Source of the DNA: an uncultured Bacteroidales bacterium
GTDB taxonomy: Bacteria > Bacteroidota > Bacteroidia > Bacteroidales > UBA932
NCBI GenBank assembly: GCA_947177525.1
Contig: CAMWUW010000001.1
Coordinates: 6,847 to 70,846, forward strand
Direction of reading: 5' to 3'
DNA: 64,000 nucleotides
The position numbers were made by a program, and so were the translations under genes. Shown piece after piece: positions 1 to 8,622 of this stretch; position 1 is the first letter of the stretch; every line of letters starts with the position of its first letter. The notes below the pieces were generated by a model that saw only the letters and a program-made list of their open reading frames with translations, ran no database searches and was not told the origin of the DNA.

Positions 1-1
1 A

Positions 2-721
2 CGTCTCAGGGTTGCCGAAAAGGTTGACGGCAAATGGATTGTGAATTCTTGGGTCAAAGAGGTCATCTTGTCTGGTTTTCGCCTCGGCAGGCTGAAGGAC
101 ATGTCCTGTGGGGAATTCGCTTTTTTTGACAAGGACACTGTGCCGTTGCGTAAATTTTCGGAAGGTGACGGTGTGAGAATCGTACCAGGAGGCAGTTCGG
201 TGCGTACTGGTGCATATCTTGCCCCTTCTGTGATAATGATGCCTCCGTCCTATGTCAATATAGGAGCTTATGTGGATGAAGGAACAATGATAGACTCTCA
301 TGCCCTTGTAGGGTCGTGCGCACAGGTCGGAAAGCATGTCCATCTTTCTGCCGCGTCACAGCTTGGAGGCGTGCTTGAGCCGGTTGGTGCTCTGCCTGTG
401 ATTATTGAAGACAATGTCTTCATTGGAGGAAATTGCGGAATATATGAAGGGACGATAGTAAAAGAGAATGCCGTGATAGGTACAGGTGTGGTCATTAATT
501 CTTCAACGGCCATTTTTGATGCGGTATCAGGTGAATATATAAAGGCAAATGCGGATGGACAGATTGTCGTGCCGGCCGGGGCTGTTGTTGTGGCGGGAAG
601 CCGTCCTGTGGCAAAAGGCCCTGGAGCAGACAATGGAATCCACCTGTATTGTCCTGTAATCGTGAAGTATCGTGATGCCAAGACATCAGCGTCTGTGACA
701 TTGGAGGACCTTCTGCGCTGA
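2..721 (+). CDS. dapD: Tetrahydrodipicolinate N-succinyltransferase (5' end outside window)
   Basis: Frame is open from the window edge ([20 protein letters not shown]). Motifs [38 protein letters not shown] and hexapeptide repeats. Confidence 0.93.
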   Translation, partial: RLRVAEKVDGKWIVNSWVKEVILSGFRLGRLKDMSCGEFAFFDKDTVPLRKFSEGDGVRIVPGGSSVRTGAYLAPSVIMMPPSYVNIGAYVDEGTMIDSHALVGSCAQVGKHVHLSAASQLGGVLEPVGALPVIIEDNVFIGGNCGIYEGTIVKENAVIGTGVVINSSTAIFDAVSGEYIKANADGQIVVPAGAVVVAGSRPVAKGPGADNGIHLYCPVIVKYRDAKTSASVTLEDLLR

Positions 722-759
722 CAATTCATTGTTTCAAAAGAGCTACATTCCATTGTCCT

Positions 760-1953
760 ATGAATTATAATGACAAATTTTCCGAAGATACCGGCTCATT
801 TTTCCGTTCTCCTGTAAGGGAAATTTTCAAGAAGGTGGACCTGAATGCAATATATTCATTTGCCGGAGGCTATCCTTCTGCAGACACTTTCCCGCTGGAG
901 GAGATACGTGCCGCCATGTCTGAGGTGATAGACAAGTATGGAGGAAAGGCTTTTCAGTACGGTGCCACGCAGGGAGTACCCGAACTTCGGGAGGCTGTGG
1001 CACGAAGATGCGGCACGGAGCCTTCCATGGTACAGATTACCTCATCGTCCCAGCAGGGAATTGATGTGTGCACGCGTATTCTGGTCGATCCGGGAGATGT
1101 CGTGCTTACGTCAGAACCTTCATACCTCGGGGCTTTGCAGTCTTTCAGGTCATACCGTGCCGATGTCCGCGGCATATCCCACAGCAGTGACATTGATGTA
1201 TACAGGAGGAATGTTGAGGAAGCCGCAATGTCAGCGGTGCGTGAGGGCAAGAGAGTGAAATTCCTCTATATCATTCCTGATTTTCAGAATCCTTCCGGCG
1301 AGACTCTTACTTTGGAGGAACGCAAAATGCTGATAAGAATTGCAGAGGATCATGATTTTCTCATTGTTGAGGATGCGCCATACCGTGAGTTGCGGTATAG
1401 TGGTGAGACTGTGGAATCCATGTATTCTCTCGCTCCTGACAGGGTGATTCACCTCGGGTCTTTTTCTAAGATTTTTGCTCCTGGATTCAGGCTCGGATGG
1501 ATTCTTGCGCATCCGGAGATTCTTGACCAGATATATGTATGCAAACAGTCACTGGATCTTTGCCCTCCTGTGTTTGACCAGTATGTGGCGGCGGAATTTC
1601 TTGATAGCGGCAGGCTGGACGCCAATCTTCGCAAGACCATAGACCTGTACAGGGAAAAGCGCGATCTGATGCTTTCGCTTCTGGAGGAAACCATGCCTGG
1701 AAATGTTGTGTGGACGCGTCCGGAAGGTGGGCTTTTCCTGTTTCTTACTATGCCTGAAGGGTTTGATGCCGTGAAGTTTTATGACAAGGCCCTGTCTGCC
1801 GGGGTGGCGTACGTGGCCGGAGAGTTTTTTTATCCGCAGCGTAATGTCAAGAACACAATGAGACTGAATTTTTCGTTTATGGACAGGGAGAGGATGAACG
1901 CCGGAATAAGGCTTCTTGCAGCTCTTCTTAAGGAGGAATTATGCGCGGAATGA
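760..1953 (+). CDS. PLP-dependent class I/II aminotransferase (LysN/MocR-like); candidate DapC-type activity from context
   Basis: Motifs SFAGGYP, YIIPDFQNPSG, IVEDAPY, GSFSKIFAPGFRLGW (PLP lysine), PEGGLF, RLNFS. Lies between dapD and dapF. Confidence 0.85.
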   Translation: MNYNDKFSEDTGSFFRSPVREIFKKVDLNAIYSFAGGYPSADTFPLEEIRAAMSEVIDKYGGKAFQYGATQGVPELREAVARRCGTEPSMVQITSSSQQGIDVCTRILVDPGDVVLTSEPSYLGALQSFRSYRADVRGISHSSDIDVYRRNVEEAAMSAVREGKRVKFLYIIPDFQNPSGETLTLEERKMLIRIAEDHDFLIVEDAPYRELRYSGETVESMYSLAPDRVIHLGSFSKIFAPGFRLGWILAHPEILDQIYVCKQSLDLCPPVFDQYVAAEFLDSGRLDANLRKTIDLYREKRDLMLSLLEETMPGNVVWTRPEGGLFLFLTMPEGFDAVKFYDKALSAGVAYVAGEFFYPQRNVKNTMRLNFSFMDRERMNAGIRLLAALLKEELCAE

Positions 1954-2795
1954 CTTTCTACAAATATCAGGGAGCGGGAAATGACTTTCTGATAGCAGAC
2001 AACAGGGACGGGCTTGCCGTGCTTTCTTCAGCTGACATTTCAGCCATTTGTGACCGCCGATATGGGGTAGGTGCTGACGGTGTCATGCTGCTGGAACAAT
2101 CGCAGAATGCGTCATTTATGATGAAATATTATAATTCCGACGGCTCGGGAGGCATGATGTGCGGAAATGGCGGAAGGTGTATCGCTGCTTTTGCCGTTGA
2201 TTCCGGAGTTGTTGACGGCTGCGGATGTTTTGAGTTTGAGGCTGCGGACGGAATGCATGCTGCAGCTGTCCTTTCTGATGAAGGCCGTTCAAAGGTTGTG
2301 CGCCTCAAGATGAAGGATGTCTGCTGTGTGGCAAGGCATGATTCTCTCTGCGGACTGGCCGGGGATACGGGAGGATATTTTTTGGATACTGGCACACGGC
2401 ATTTTGTGCAGTTTGTGGATGATGTATCTGCGTATGACGTTGTCGGAAGGGGGAGAATGATACGTTTCAATGCCGCGGAGTTCCAGCCTGTGGGAACGAA
2501 CGTGAATTTTGTGGGCATGGCGGATGAGGTACTGCAGGTCCGGACTTATGAGAAAGGTGTTGAGGACGAGACTTTTGCATGCGGCACAGGAATCGTTGCG
2601 TCATGTATCTGTGCATATCTGCATGGAATTCCGGCAAATGAGTCGCCGGACGGAAGCGTCGGTTATGACGTAAGGGCACTCCGTGACCGTCTTTCTGTAG
2701 GCTTTGTGCCTCATGGAAGCGATGTGGAGTCTTTTTCCGCATCGGACGTGTGGCTTACGGGACCGGCTGCCTATGTGGCGGAGATTCGTTTCTGA
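1950..2795 (+). CDS. dapF: Diaminopimelate epimerase
   Basis: Motifs KYQGAGNDF, GVGADG, NSDGS..MCGNGGRC, RTYEKGVEDETFACGTG. ATG overlaps the upstream stop (ATGA). Confidence 0.95.
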   Translation: MTFYKYQGAGNDFLIADNRDGLAVLSSADISAICDRRYGVGADGVMLLEQSQNASFMMKYYNSDGSGGMMCGNGGRCIAAFAVDSGVVDGCGCFEFEAADGMHAAAVLSDEGRSKVVRLKMKDVCCVARHDSLCGLAGDTGGYFLDTGTRHFVQFVDDVSAYDVVGRGRMIRFNAAEFQPVGTNVNFVGMADEVLQVRTYEKGVEDETFACGTGIVASCICAYLHGIPANESPDGSVGYDVRALRDRLSVGFVPHGSDVESFSASDVWLTGPAAYVAEIRF

Positions 2796-2970
2796 TTATT
2801 GTAATAAAGCAAAAAGTATTATATTTGCCTTTTCGTGCATGTAAGGAGGCATCAGGTCTTGTGGACTGGTCTGAGGCATGGCGTTTATGCTATGCGGACT
2901 GCCGTGGCTTGCGTTTGCAGCGGTGTTGCCAATGCATGGAAAGAGTCTAATTGTAAATTTATTATAAATT

Positions 2971-3711
2971 ATGAAGCGTATTATTTTGTTTTCGGCTATT
3001 CTCTTGTCGGCAGTCTCGTGTTTTAATGATACGGGATGGTCTTCATCTTATACACTCAGGGTGACTTTTGAGTTTTCTGATGATGTGTACAAGTCTTTCT
3101 TCAGTGCTGACAGTCTTTTTTTCGAGCCTGAAGGCCAGGGCTTCTCTTGGGGCAATACTGTGCTTGTCTATAATCAGAAGACGATAGACAAAGAGTTCTG
3201 CGGAGGTTTTCTGCTGTCTTATCAGAAAGGGCTTCCGGAAGGCGGCAATTTAGTTGAAACTGACGGAACTTACCGTGCCAATTCTCCGTCAGGTGCTTAT
3301 GGAAGCCGTACGTATGCTGTGTTCTACGATAATCCGGAAGAAGGTCAGATGCCGGAAAAGGATATGATTTTCACACAGTCATATTACGGAACATGCGGCA
3401 TGAACTCATGTATGGTCAACAATACAGCCTTGGTTGCAGGGAAAGTTAAGGAGCATTTTGAAGTGGGAGACAAGCTTGTCCTGAAGGCAACTGGCTATCT
3501 TGACGGTACCAAGACGGGTGAGTCGGAATTTGTACTTGCTGAGTTCTCTTCCCAGAAGGATTCGATTGTTTCCACCTGGACAAGATTTGATTTGAGCAAG
3601 CTCGGTTCTGTTGACTGTGTCAATTTCACGGTATCTTCACCTAAGGAAGAAGTTCCCGGATATTTCTGTATGGACGAAATCATTGCCAATGTGTCCCTTC
3701 AGTCCAGGTAA
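2971..3711 (+). CDS. DUF4465-like lipoprotein
   Basis: Lipobox-like signal (LLSAVSC). Motifs VNNT, W..FDLSKLG.V and PGYFCMD. Confidence 0.7.
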   Translation: MKRIILFSAILLSAVSCFNDTGWSSSYTLRVTFEFSDDVYKSFFSADSLFFEPEGQGFSWGNTVLVYNQKTIDKEFCGGFLLSYQKGLPEGGNLVETDGTYRANSPSGAYGSRTYAVFYDNPEEGQMPEKDMIFTQSYYGTCGMNSCMVNNTALVAGKVKEHFEVGDKLVLKATGYLDGTKTGESEFVLAEFSSQKDSIVSTWTRFDLSKLGSVDCVNFTVSSPKEEVPGYFCMDEIIANVSLQSR

Positions 3712-3738
3712 GCAGGATTTTCAGCATGATGTGATTAT

Positions 3739-4398
3739 ATGAAATCAAATCAGAATTATAAAAATGCCGCATTGGCAGCTCTGAAAGGAAGATGGGCATC
3801 CGCTATTGTTGCCTCTATAATATTTTGCGGAGCGGTATGGGCTTTTTCTGTTCCATGTATGCTTTCTTCTTTTGCTGTTCAGGGACTGCTGCAGATTGAC
3901 TTGAATGTTTGTGTTGCAATGCAGCTGATTTATTGTCTTGGAATGCTGCTGATTGTCGCTCCTTTGACAATCGGCTGTTCCAATGCGTTCCTGAGGCTTT
4001 TAAGGGAGGGACATGGAAATGTTTCTCAGAATCTGGCTTCGTATGCCTTCAATGGCTACTGGCGCAACATCTGGGGAGCATTCCTTACAAGATTTTTTAT
4101 ATTCCTGTGGTCATTGCTTCTGATTATTCCGGGGCTTGTCAAAAATTATTCTTATGCGCTTACTCCTTATTTGTTGAAGGAGTTTCCTGAGCTTAGTGCA
4201 AATCAGTGCATAAATCTGAGCAAAAAGATGATGAAAGGACATAAATTTGACCTTTTCTTTCTTCATCTCAGCTTTATTGGCTGGATTATTCTTGCTGTTC
4301 TGTCGGCCGGAATCGGACTTTTTGGGCTTGTACCATATATAGAGGCGTCTGAAGCTGCATTTTATCAGGAGGTGAAGACCGAATACTTCAAGTCTTGA
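3739..4398 (+). CDS. DUF975-family membrane protein
   Basis: Motifs LKGRW, FLWSLLLIIPG...YSY, SKKMMKGHKFDLF and PY......FY; several hydrophobic helices. Confidence 0.85.
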   Translation: MKSNQNYKNAALAALKGRWASAIVASIIFCGAVWAFSVPCMLSSFAVQGLLQIDLNVCVAMQLIYCLGMLLIVAPLTIGCSNAFLRLLREGHGNVSQNLASYAFNGYWRNIWGAFLTRFFIFLWSLLLIIPGLVKNYSYALTPYLLKEFPELSANQCINLSKKMMKGHKFDLFFLHLSFIGWIILAVLSAGIGLFGLVPYIEASEAAFYQEVKTEYFKS

Positions 4399-4458
4399 GC
4401 TGCGCCTTCAAGTCTTGGACGGTCCTGTACAGGAAATTTCACATCGGAGGCAACCTTG

Positions 4459-5661
4459 TCACAGCAGGTCGAACAGCTTGCTTCGTGAAAGTGCGCATGC
4501 GCCTATAGCCCCTCCACGCTTCCCGAGCTTGGAGAATTTTATTGTGGTGTCCTTGCTGACTATTTTCAGCGAATGCTTGTTTATTGCACTTTTAATAGGC
4601 AGCATGAGATATTCCTTTGCCACCGCAAGCCTGCCGCCTATGACCACCAGCTCAGGGTTGAATATGTTGATGAGACCTGCGATGGCCCGTCCCATCACAG
4701 AACCGATATTCTCGACCACCTCAATTGCCAGCACGTCTTCCTCCAGCACTGCATCCATGATGTCGTCAAGGCTGATGTCTTCTCCTCTTCCATATTTTCC
4801 GGACAGCAGTGAAGCCCTTCCTTCCTTAAGCTTTTCGAGGAATATCCTGTGGACCGCAGAGCCGGATGCACCTGTCTCAAGGCACCCTGTCTTTCCGCAC
4901 TGGCATATCTGTTCGTTGTCCAGCAGCGGGAAATGCCCGATCTCTCCGGAGAATCCCGACTTTCCGGAATGCAGCTTCCCGTCGAGTATCATGCCCATGC
5001 CCAGTCCCCAGCTGACGTTCAGGAAGAGCATGTTCTTTTCATTGTTTCCTACTCCGCACAGATATTCCCCGTAGCACATTGCCCTTGAATCGTTTTCTAT
5101 ATGGACATTGTTGCCGAGGCATTCCTGAAGTGCTGTGGCCAGAGGCCTGTCTTCTCCGAGAAAGTAGGAGAAGCAGTAGCCTGTCTCGTGGTTGACACGG
5201 CCGCTGAAATTGATTCCGTAGCTCAGTATCTTTTCCTGTGGGATTCCGGACTTTGAGATATAGTCCTTTATCAGATCGCACAGGCTCCTGACTGATTTTT
5301 CCGAATTGTCAAGGATGAACGGGATGTCTTCCTGATAATCCAATGGCTGTCCCTTGAAGTCTGTGACGGCAAGGCTCACATGGTGCCTTCTCACGTCCGC
5401 CCCCACAAAATATCCTGCGTTGGGGTTAAGTCCGTAGATGCTCGGTTTCCGTCCTCCTGATGTCGCCTGCTTCCCCAGGTCTTCGAGAAAGCCCTCGTCC
5501 ATAAGTTCTCCTACGAGCTTTGTTATGGTGGGTATGCTGGTGCATAGTTCCTTGCTCAGGTCAGAGAGGCTGTATGCCCCGTCAGTTATACATAGACGTA
5601 TTATATTTCTTTTAAGAATGGAACTTCTGTTGTCCGCATTATTTAAAAATGATACAGCCAT
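4459..5661 (-). CDS. ROK-family transcriptional repressor (NagC/NanR-like)
   Basis: N-terminal wHTH (SIPTITK, GGRKP), ENDSRA, GLGMG, GEIGH, and CQCGKTGCLE zinc motif. Confidence 0.92.
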   Translation of the reverse strand: MAVSFLNNADNRSSILKRNIIRLCITDGAYSLSDLSKELCTSIPTITKLVGELMDEGFLEDLGKQATSGGRKPSIYGLNPNAGYFVGADVRRHHVSLAVTDFKGQPLDYQEDIPFILDNSEKSVRSLCDLIKDYISKSGIPQEKILSYGINFSGRVNHETGYCFSYFLGEDRPLATALQECLGNNVHIENDSRAMCYGEYLCGVGNNEKNMLFLNVSWGLGMGMILDGKLHSGKSGFSGEIGHFPLLDNEQICQCGKTGCLETGASGSAVHRIFLEKLKEGRASLLSGKYGRGEDISLDDIMDAVLEEDVLAIEVVENIGSVMGRAIAGLINIFNPELVVIGGRLAVAKEYLMLPIKSAINKHSLKIVSKDTTIKFSKLGKRGGAIGACALSRSKLFDLL

Positions 5662-5729
5662 TGTGGGACTATTTTAGGAATTTGCCACGAATTTAGTCAT
5701 TTTGCTGCAAATACGCAATCCGGATGCCT

Positions 5730-7139
5730 TTACTTTTTCCAGAAGGCCTCTATTTCTTCAAGACTCTTTCCTGTGGTCTCGGGTACGGCTTTCCACATTA
5801 TCATTATATAAGGTATGCACATTACCGCGAAAAGCGCAAATGTACCGGCAGGCGTGAGGTTTGTGAGCAGCCATGGTGTCAGCTGTCCTATGAGATAGGT
5901 CCCGACCCACAATGACAGGCCTGCGACAGACATTGCACGTCCTCTGACATTGTTGGGATACATTTCCGAAAGCAGTACGAACACCACTGCGCTTATGGAT
6001 ATTGCACAGCAGAATACATACAGCAGGAAAAATGTGAGAAGAAAACCGTTTCCGAGTCCCCATGCTGTCCCGGAAAGGAAATAGAGGCTTATCATTATAA
6101 GTGAAACTATCATTCCTGACACTCCGTAGTATATCAGTTTCTTTCTCCCGACCCTGTCTATGATGAATACGGCTATGACTGTGGTAAGCATGTTCACAAG
6201 CCCGACCAGTACCTGCGAGAACATGGACCCGCTGCTTGAAAGCCCTGCCTTCGCGAAGATTTCCGGACCATAGTACAGCACGGCGTTCACTCCCATGAAC
6301 TGCCCGAGCATGGCGATGGCGGAACCTATCATTACGGCCTTCAGTATGCCTGGGCTGAGCAGCTCCTTCCATTGCGACTTTGTCTCGGAGCCTATGGATG
6401 CGGCGGTGTCTGCAATCTGCCTGCGGACGGTCTCATTCACAGGGTAAATGTGTGAAAGTATGTTTTGGGCTTCTGCAGTTCTGCCTTTGACGATGAGCCA
6501 CCTTGGACTCTCCGGAATAAAGAGTATTATAAACAGGAAAAGAAGCGCCGGTATGGTTTCAGAGCCAAGCATTCCTCTCCATATCTCATCTGAGAACATC
6601 CATTTCATACTATCGGAACTGTACGATGCGTTTTCCGCTCCTGAAGCTATTCCGAAATTCACAATATATGCAAGAAGGAAACCTGTTGTTACCGCAAGCT
6701 GGTACAGCGACACCATCATGCCCCGTTTTTCTGCAGGAGATACCTCTGAAATATAAATCGGAGAGACGATGGATATAATGCCGATGCCTATTCCTCCTAT
6801 TATCCTGTATATTACCAATTGTATGAAATCACCGCACAGGGCGCACCCTATTGCGGAGACGCTGAAAAGTACGGAAGAGACCAGCATGGTGTATTTCCTG
6901 CCTATGCCGTCGCTCATGGTTCCGGCAACTGACACTCCGAGAATGGAGCCGACAAGTGCGCAGCCCACATACCAGCCTTGCTGCATGGTGTCAAGCCCGA
7001 ACTGTGAGGTGACACTGCCTATCGTTCCGGAAATCACCGCTGTGTCGTAACCGAAAAGAATCCCTCCGATTGCCGCTACGGCGGAAAGGAACAGGACATA
7101 TCCGAGATTGGTCTTGTTTTTCAATGTCTTGTCAATCAT
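5730..7139 (-). CDS. MFS sugar porter family transporter
   Basis: Motifs GGILFGYDTAVISG, DGIGRK, PESPRWL, QFMGVNAVLYY, DRVGRK, PETTGKSLEEI. Confidence 0.93.
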   Translation of the reverse strand: MIDKTLKNKTNLGYVLFLSAVAAIGGILFGYDTAVISGTIGSVTSQFGLDTMQQGWYVGCALVGSILGVSVAGTMSDGIGRKYTMLVSSVLFSVSAIGCALCGDFIQLVIYRIIGGIGIGIISIVSPIYISEVSPAEKRGMMVSLYQLAVTTGFLLAYIVNFGIASGAENASYSSDSMKWMFSDEIWRGMLGSETIPALLFLFIILFIPESPRWLIVKGRTAEAQNILSHIYPVNETVRRQIADTAASIGSETKSQWKELLSPGILKAVMIGSAIAMLGQFMGVNAVLYYGPEIFAKAGLSSSGSMFSQVLVGLVNMLTTVIAVFIIDRVGRKKLIYYGVSGMIVSLIMISLYFLSGTAWGLGNGFLLTFFLLYVFCCAISISAVVFVLLSEMYPNNVRGRAMSVAGLSLWVGTYLIGQLTPWLLTNLTPAGTFALFAVMCIPYIMIMWKAVPETTGKSLEEIEAFWKK

Positions 7140-7195
7140 GTCTTTGAGTCTTGTTTTATATTGAAATGTTGTTTATATGGTATCGAAACCGGCTG

Positions 7196-7422
7196 CAAAA
7201 ATAAAAATAATAATTGGGAAAAACTTGATTTATTAAATTATAATTGATAAAAGGTGTTAATAAATAAAAATACTTATTAATGTAGAGGTGATGGGCAAAT
7301 ATAATTTTAGCTATTCTGCCTTGCGTGGTGTGTATTTTTAAAATTTGCAAAAATTCTGATTAAGTTTTAAATAAATTATTTTAAATTTCCCTTGCACTAT
7401 AAATGGTAAACGTTTATATTTG
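7196..7422. promoter_or_regulatory. Divergent AT-rich promoter region for transporter/ROK and epimerase-PUL
   Basis: TATATTTG at 7415-7422 with CTTG at 7391-7394 (+ strand); TATTTTTG on minus strand at 7196-7203. AT-rich dyad TTAATAAATA-AAAA-TACTTATTAA at 7257-7280 is a possible ROK operator. Confidence 0.6.
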
Positions 7423-7452
7423 CACCGTCGTTTATAAAAATATTTAAAAATA

Positions 7453-8622
7453 ATGGATTTTAAACAATTGGCACAGCAATACAAGGCGGAACTATTTGAC
7501 CATGTTTTGCCTTTTTGGTTGCATCAATCTCAGGATAGCGAGTTCGGAGGATATTTCAGTTGTCTGAATCGTGACGGCAGCGTATATGATACCGATAAAT
7601 TTATATGGCTGCAGGGGCGCGAGGTCTGGATGTTTGCGATGCTCTATAATAATGTCGAGAAAAACAGGGAGTGGCTGGATTGCGCAGTGCAGGGTGCGGA
7701 ATTTCTTAAAAGATATGGCCATGACGGCAATTATGATTTCTATTTCTCCGTGACGCGTGACGGCAGGCCTATTATCCAGCCGTATAATATTTTCTCCAAT
7801 ACATTTGCCTGTATGGCATTTGCCCAGTTGGCGAAGGCTACCGGAAGTAGCGAGTATGCGGAAATAGCCAAGAAGATTCTCGACCGTATCCTGGCCAGAA
7901 AATCAGACCCTAAGGGAAGATGGGAAAAATCTTTTCCGGGAACAAGACCGCTCAAGGGATTTTCCCTGCCGATGATTCTGTGTAATATGGCATTGGAGAT
8001 AGAGACTATAATTGACGACAAGTCTCTGCTTGACGGTACCATTGAAGAATGTCTCAAGGAAGTCCTTGATGTTTTCTACCAGGATGATCTCGGATGTATG
8101 CTGGAAAATGTATCCGCTTTGGACAACAGGCCGGTGGACTGTTTTGAAGGGCGTCTCATCAATCCGGGACATGACCTTGAGGCTCTATGGTTTCTGATGG
8201 ACCTCGGTGTGCGTATGAAGGACAGGGCACTTATAGAAAAAAGTGTTGAAATATCCTTGAAGGTAATCGACAGGGGGTGGGACAAGGTCTATGGAGGAAT
8301 ATTCTATTTCCTGGACAGCAAAGGCTACCCTCAGCAGCAGCTTGAATGGGACCAGAAATTATGGTGGGTGCATCTGGAGTCAGCAATTGCCATGCTCAAA
8401 GGCTATCAGCTGACCGGGCGTAAGGAATGCCTTGAATGGTTTGAAAAATTGCACGATTATCTTTGGGCCAATTTCAAGGACCCTGAATATCCTGAATGGT
8501 ATGGCTATCTGAACCGCCGTGGGGAAGTCCTGCTTCCTTTGAAAGGCGGGAAATGGAAAGGCTGCTTCCATGTGCCGAGAGGCCTTTACCAGATATGGAA
8601 GATGCTGGAGACCATGAAATGA
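7453..8622 (+). CDS. nanE: N-acylglucosamine 2-epimerase (AGE family, GlcNAc/ManNAc)
   Basis: Motifs DTDKFIWLQGREVW, INPGHDLEALWF, QQLEWDQKLWWVHLE, KGGKWKGCFHVPR. Confidence 0.92.
   Translation: MDFKQLAQQYKAELFDHVLPFWLHQSQDSEFGGYFSCLNRDGSVYDTDKFIWLQGREVWMFAMLYNNVEKNREWLDCAVQGAEFLKRYGHDGNYDFYFSVTRDGRPIIQPYNIFSNTFACMAFAQLAKATGSSEYAEIAKKILDRILARKSDPKGRWEKSFPGTRPLKGFSLPMILCNMALEIETIIDDKSLLDGTIEECLKEVLDVFYQDDLGCMLENVSALDNRPVDCFEGRLINPGHDLEALWFLMDLGVRMKDRALIEKSVEISLKVIDRGWDKVYGGIFYFLDSKGYPQQQLEWDQKLWWVHLESAIAMLKGYQLTGRKECLEWFEKLHDYLWANFKDPEYPEWYGYLNRRGEVLLPLKGGKWKGCFHVPRGLYQIWKMLETMK

Noticed and set aside
2828-2970. Cobalamin riboswitch upstream of the DUF4465-like gene
   Set aside because: The leader is long with small hairpins, but the conserved GGGAA, GCCACTG and B12-box motifs are not evident.
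4459-8622. Canonical nan (sialic acid) operon
   Set aside because: No neuraminate lyase or sialidase is present in the locus; treated instead as a finding.
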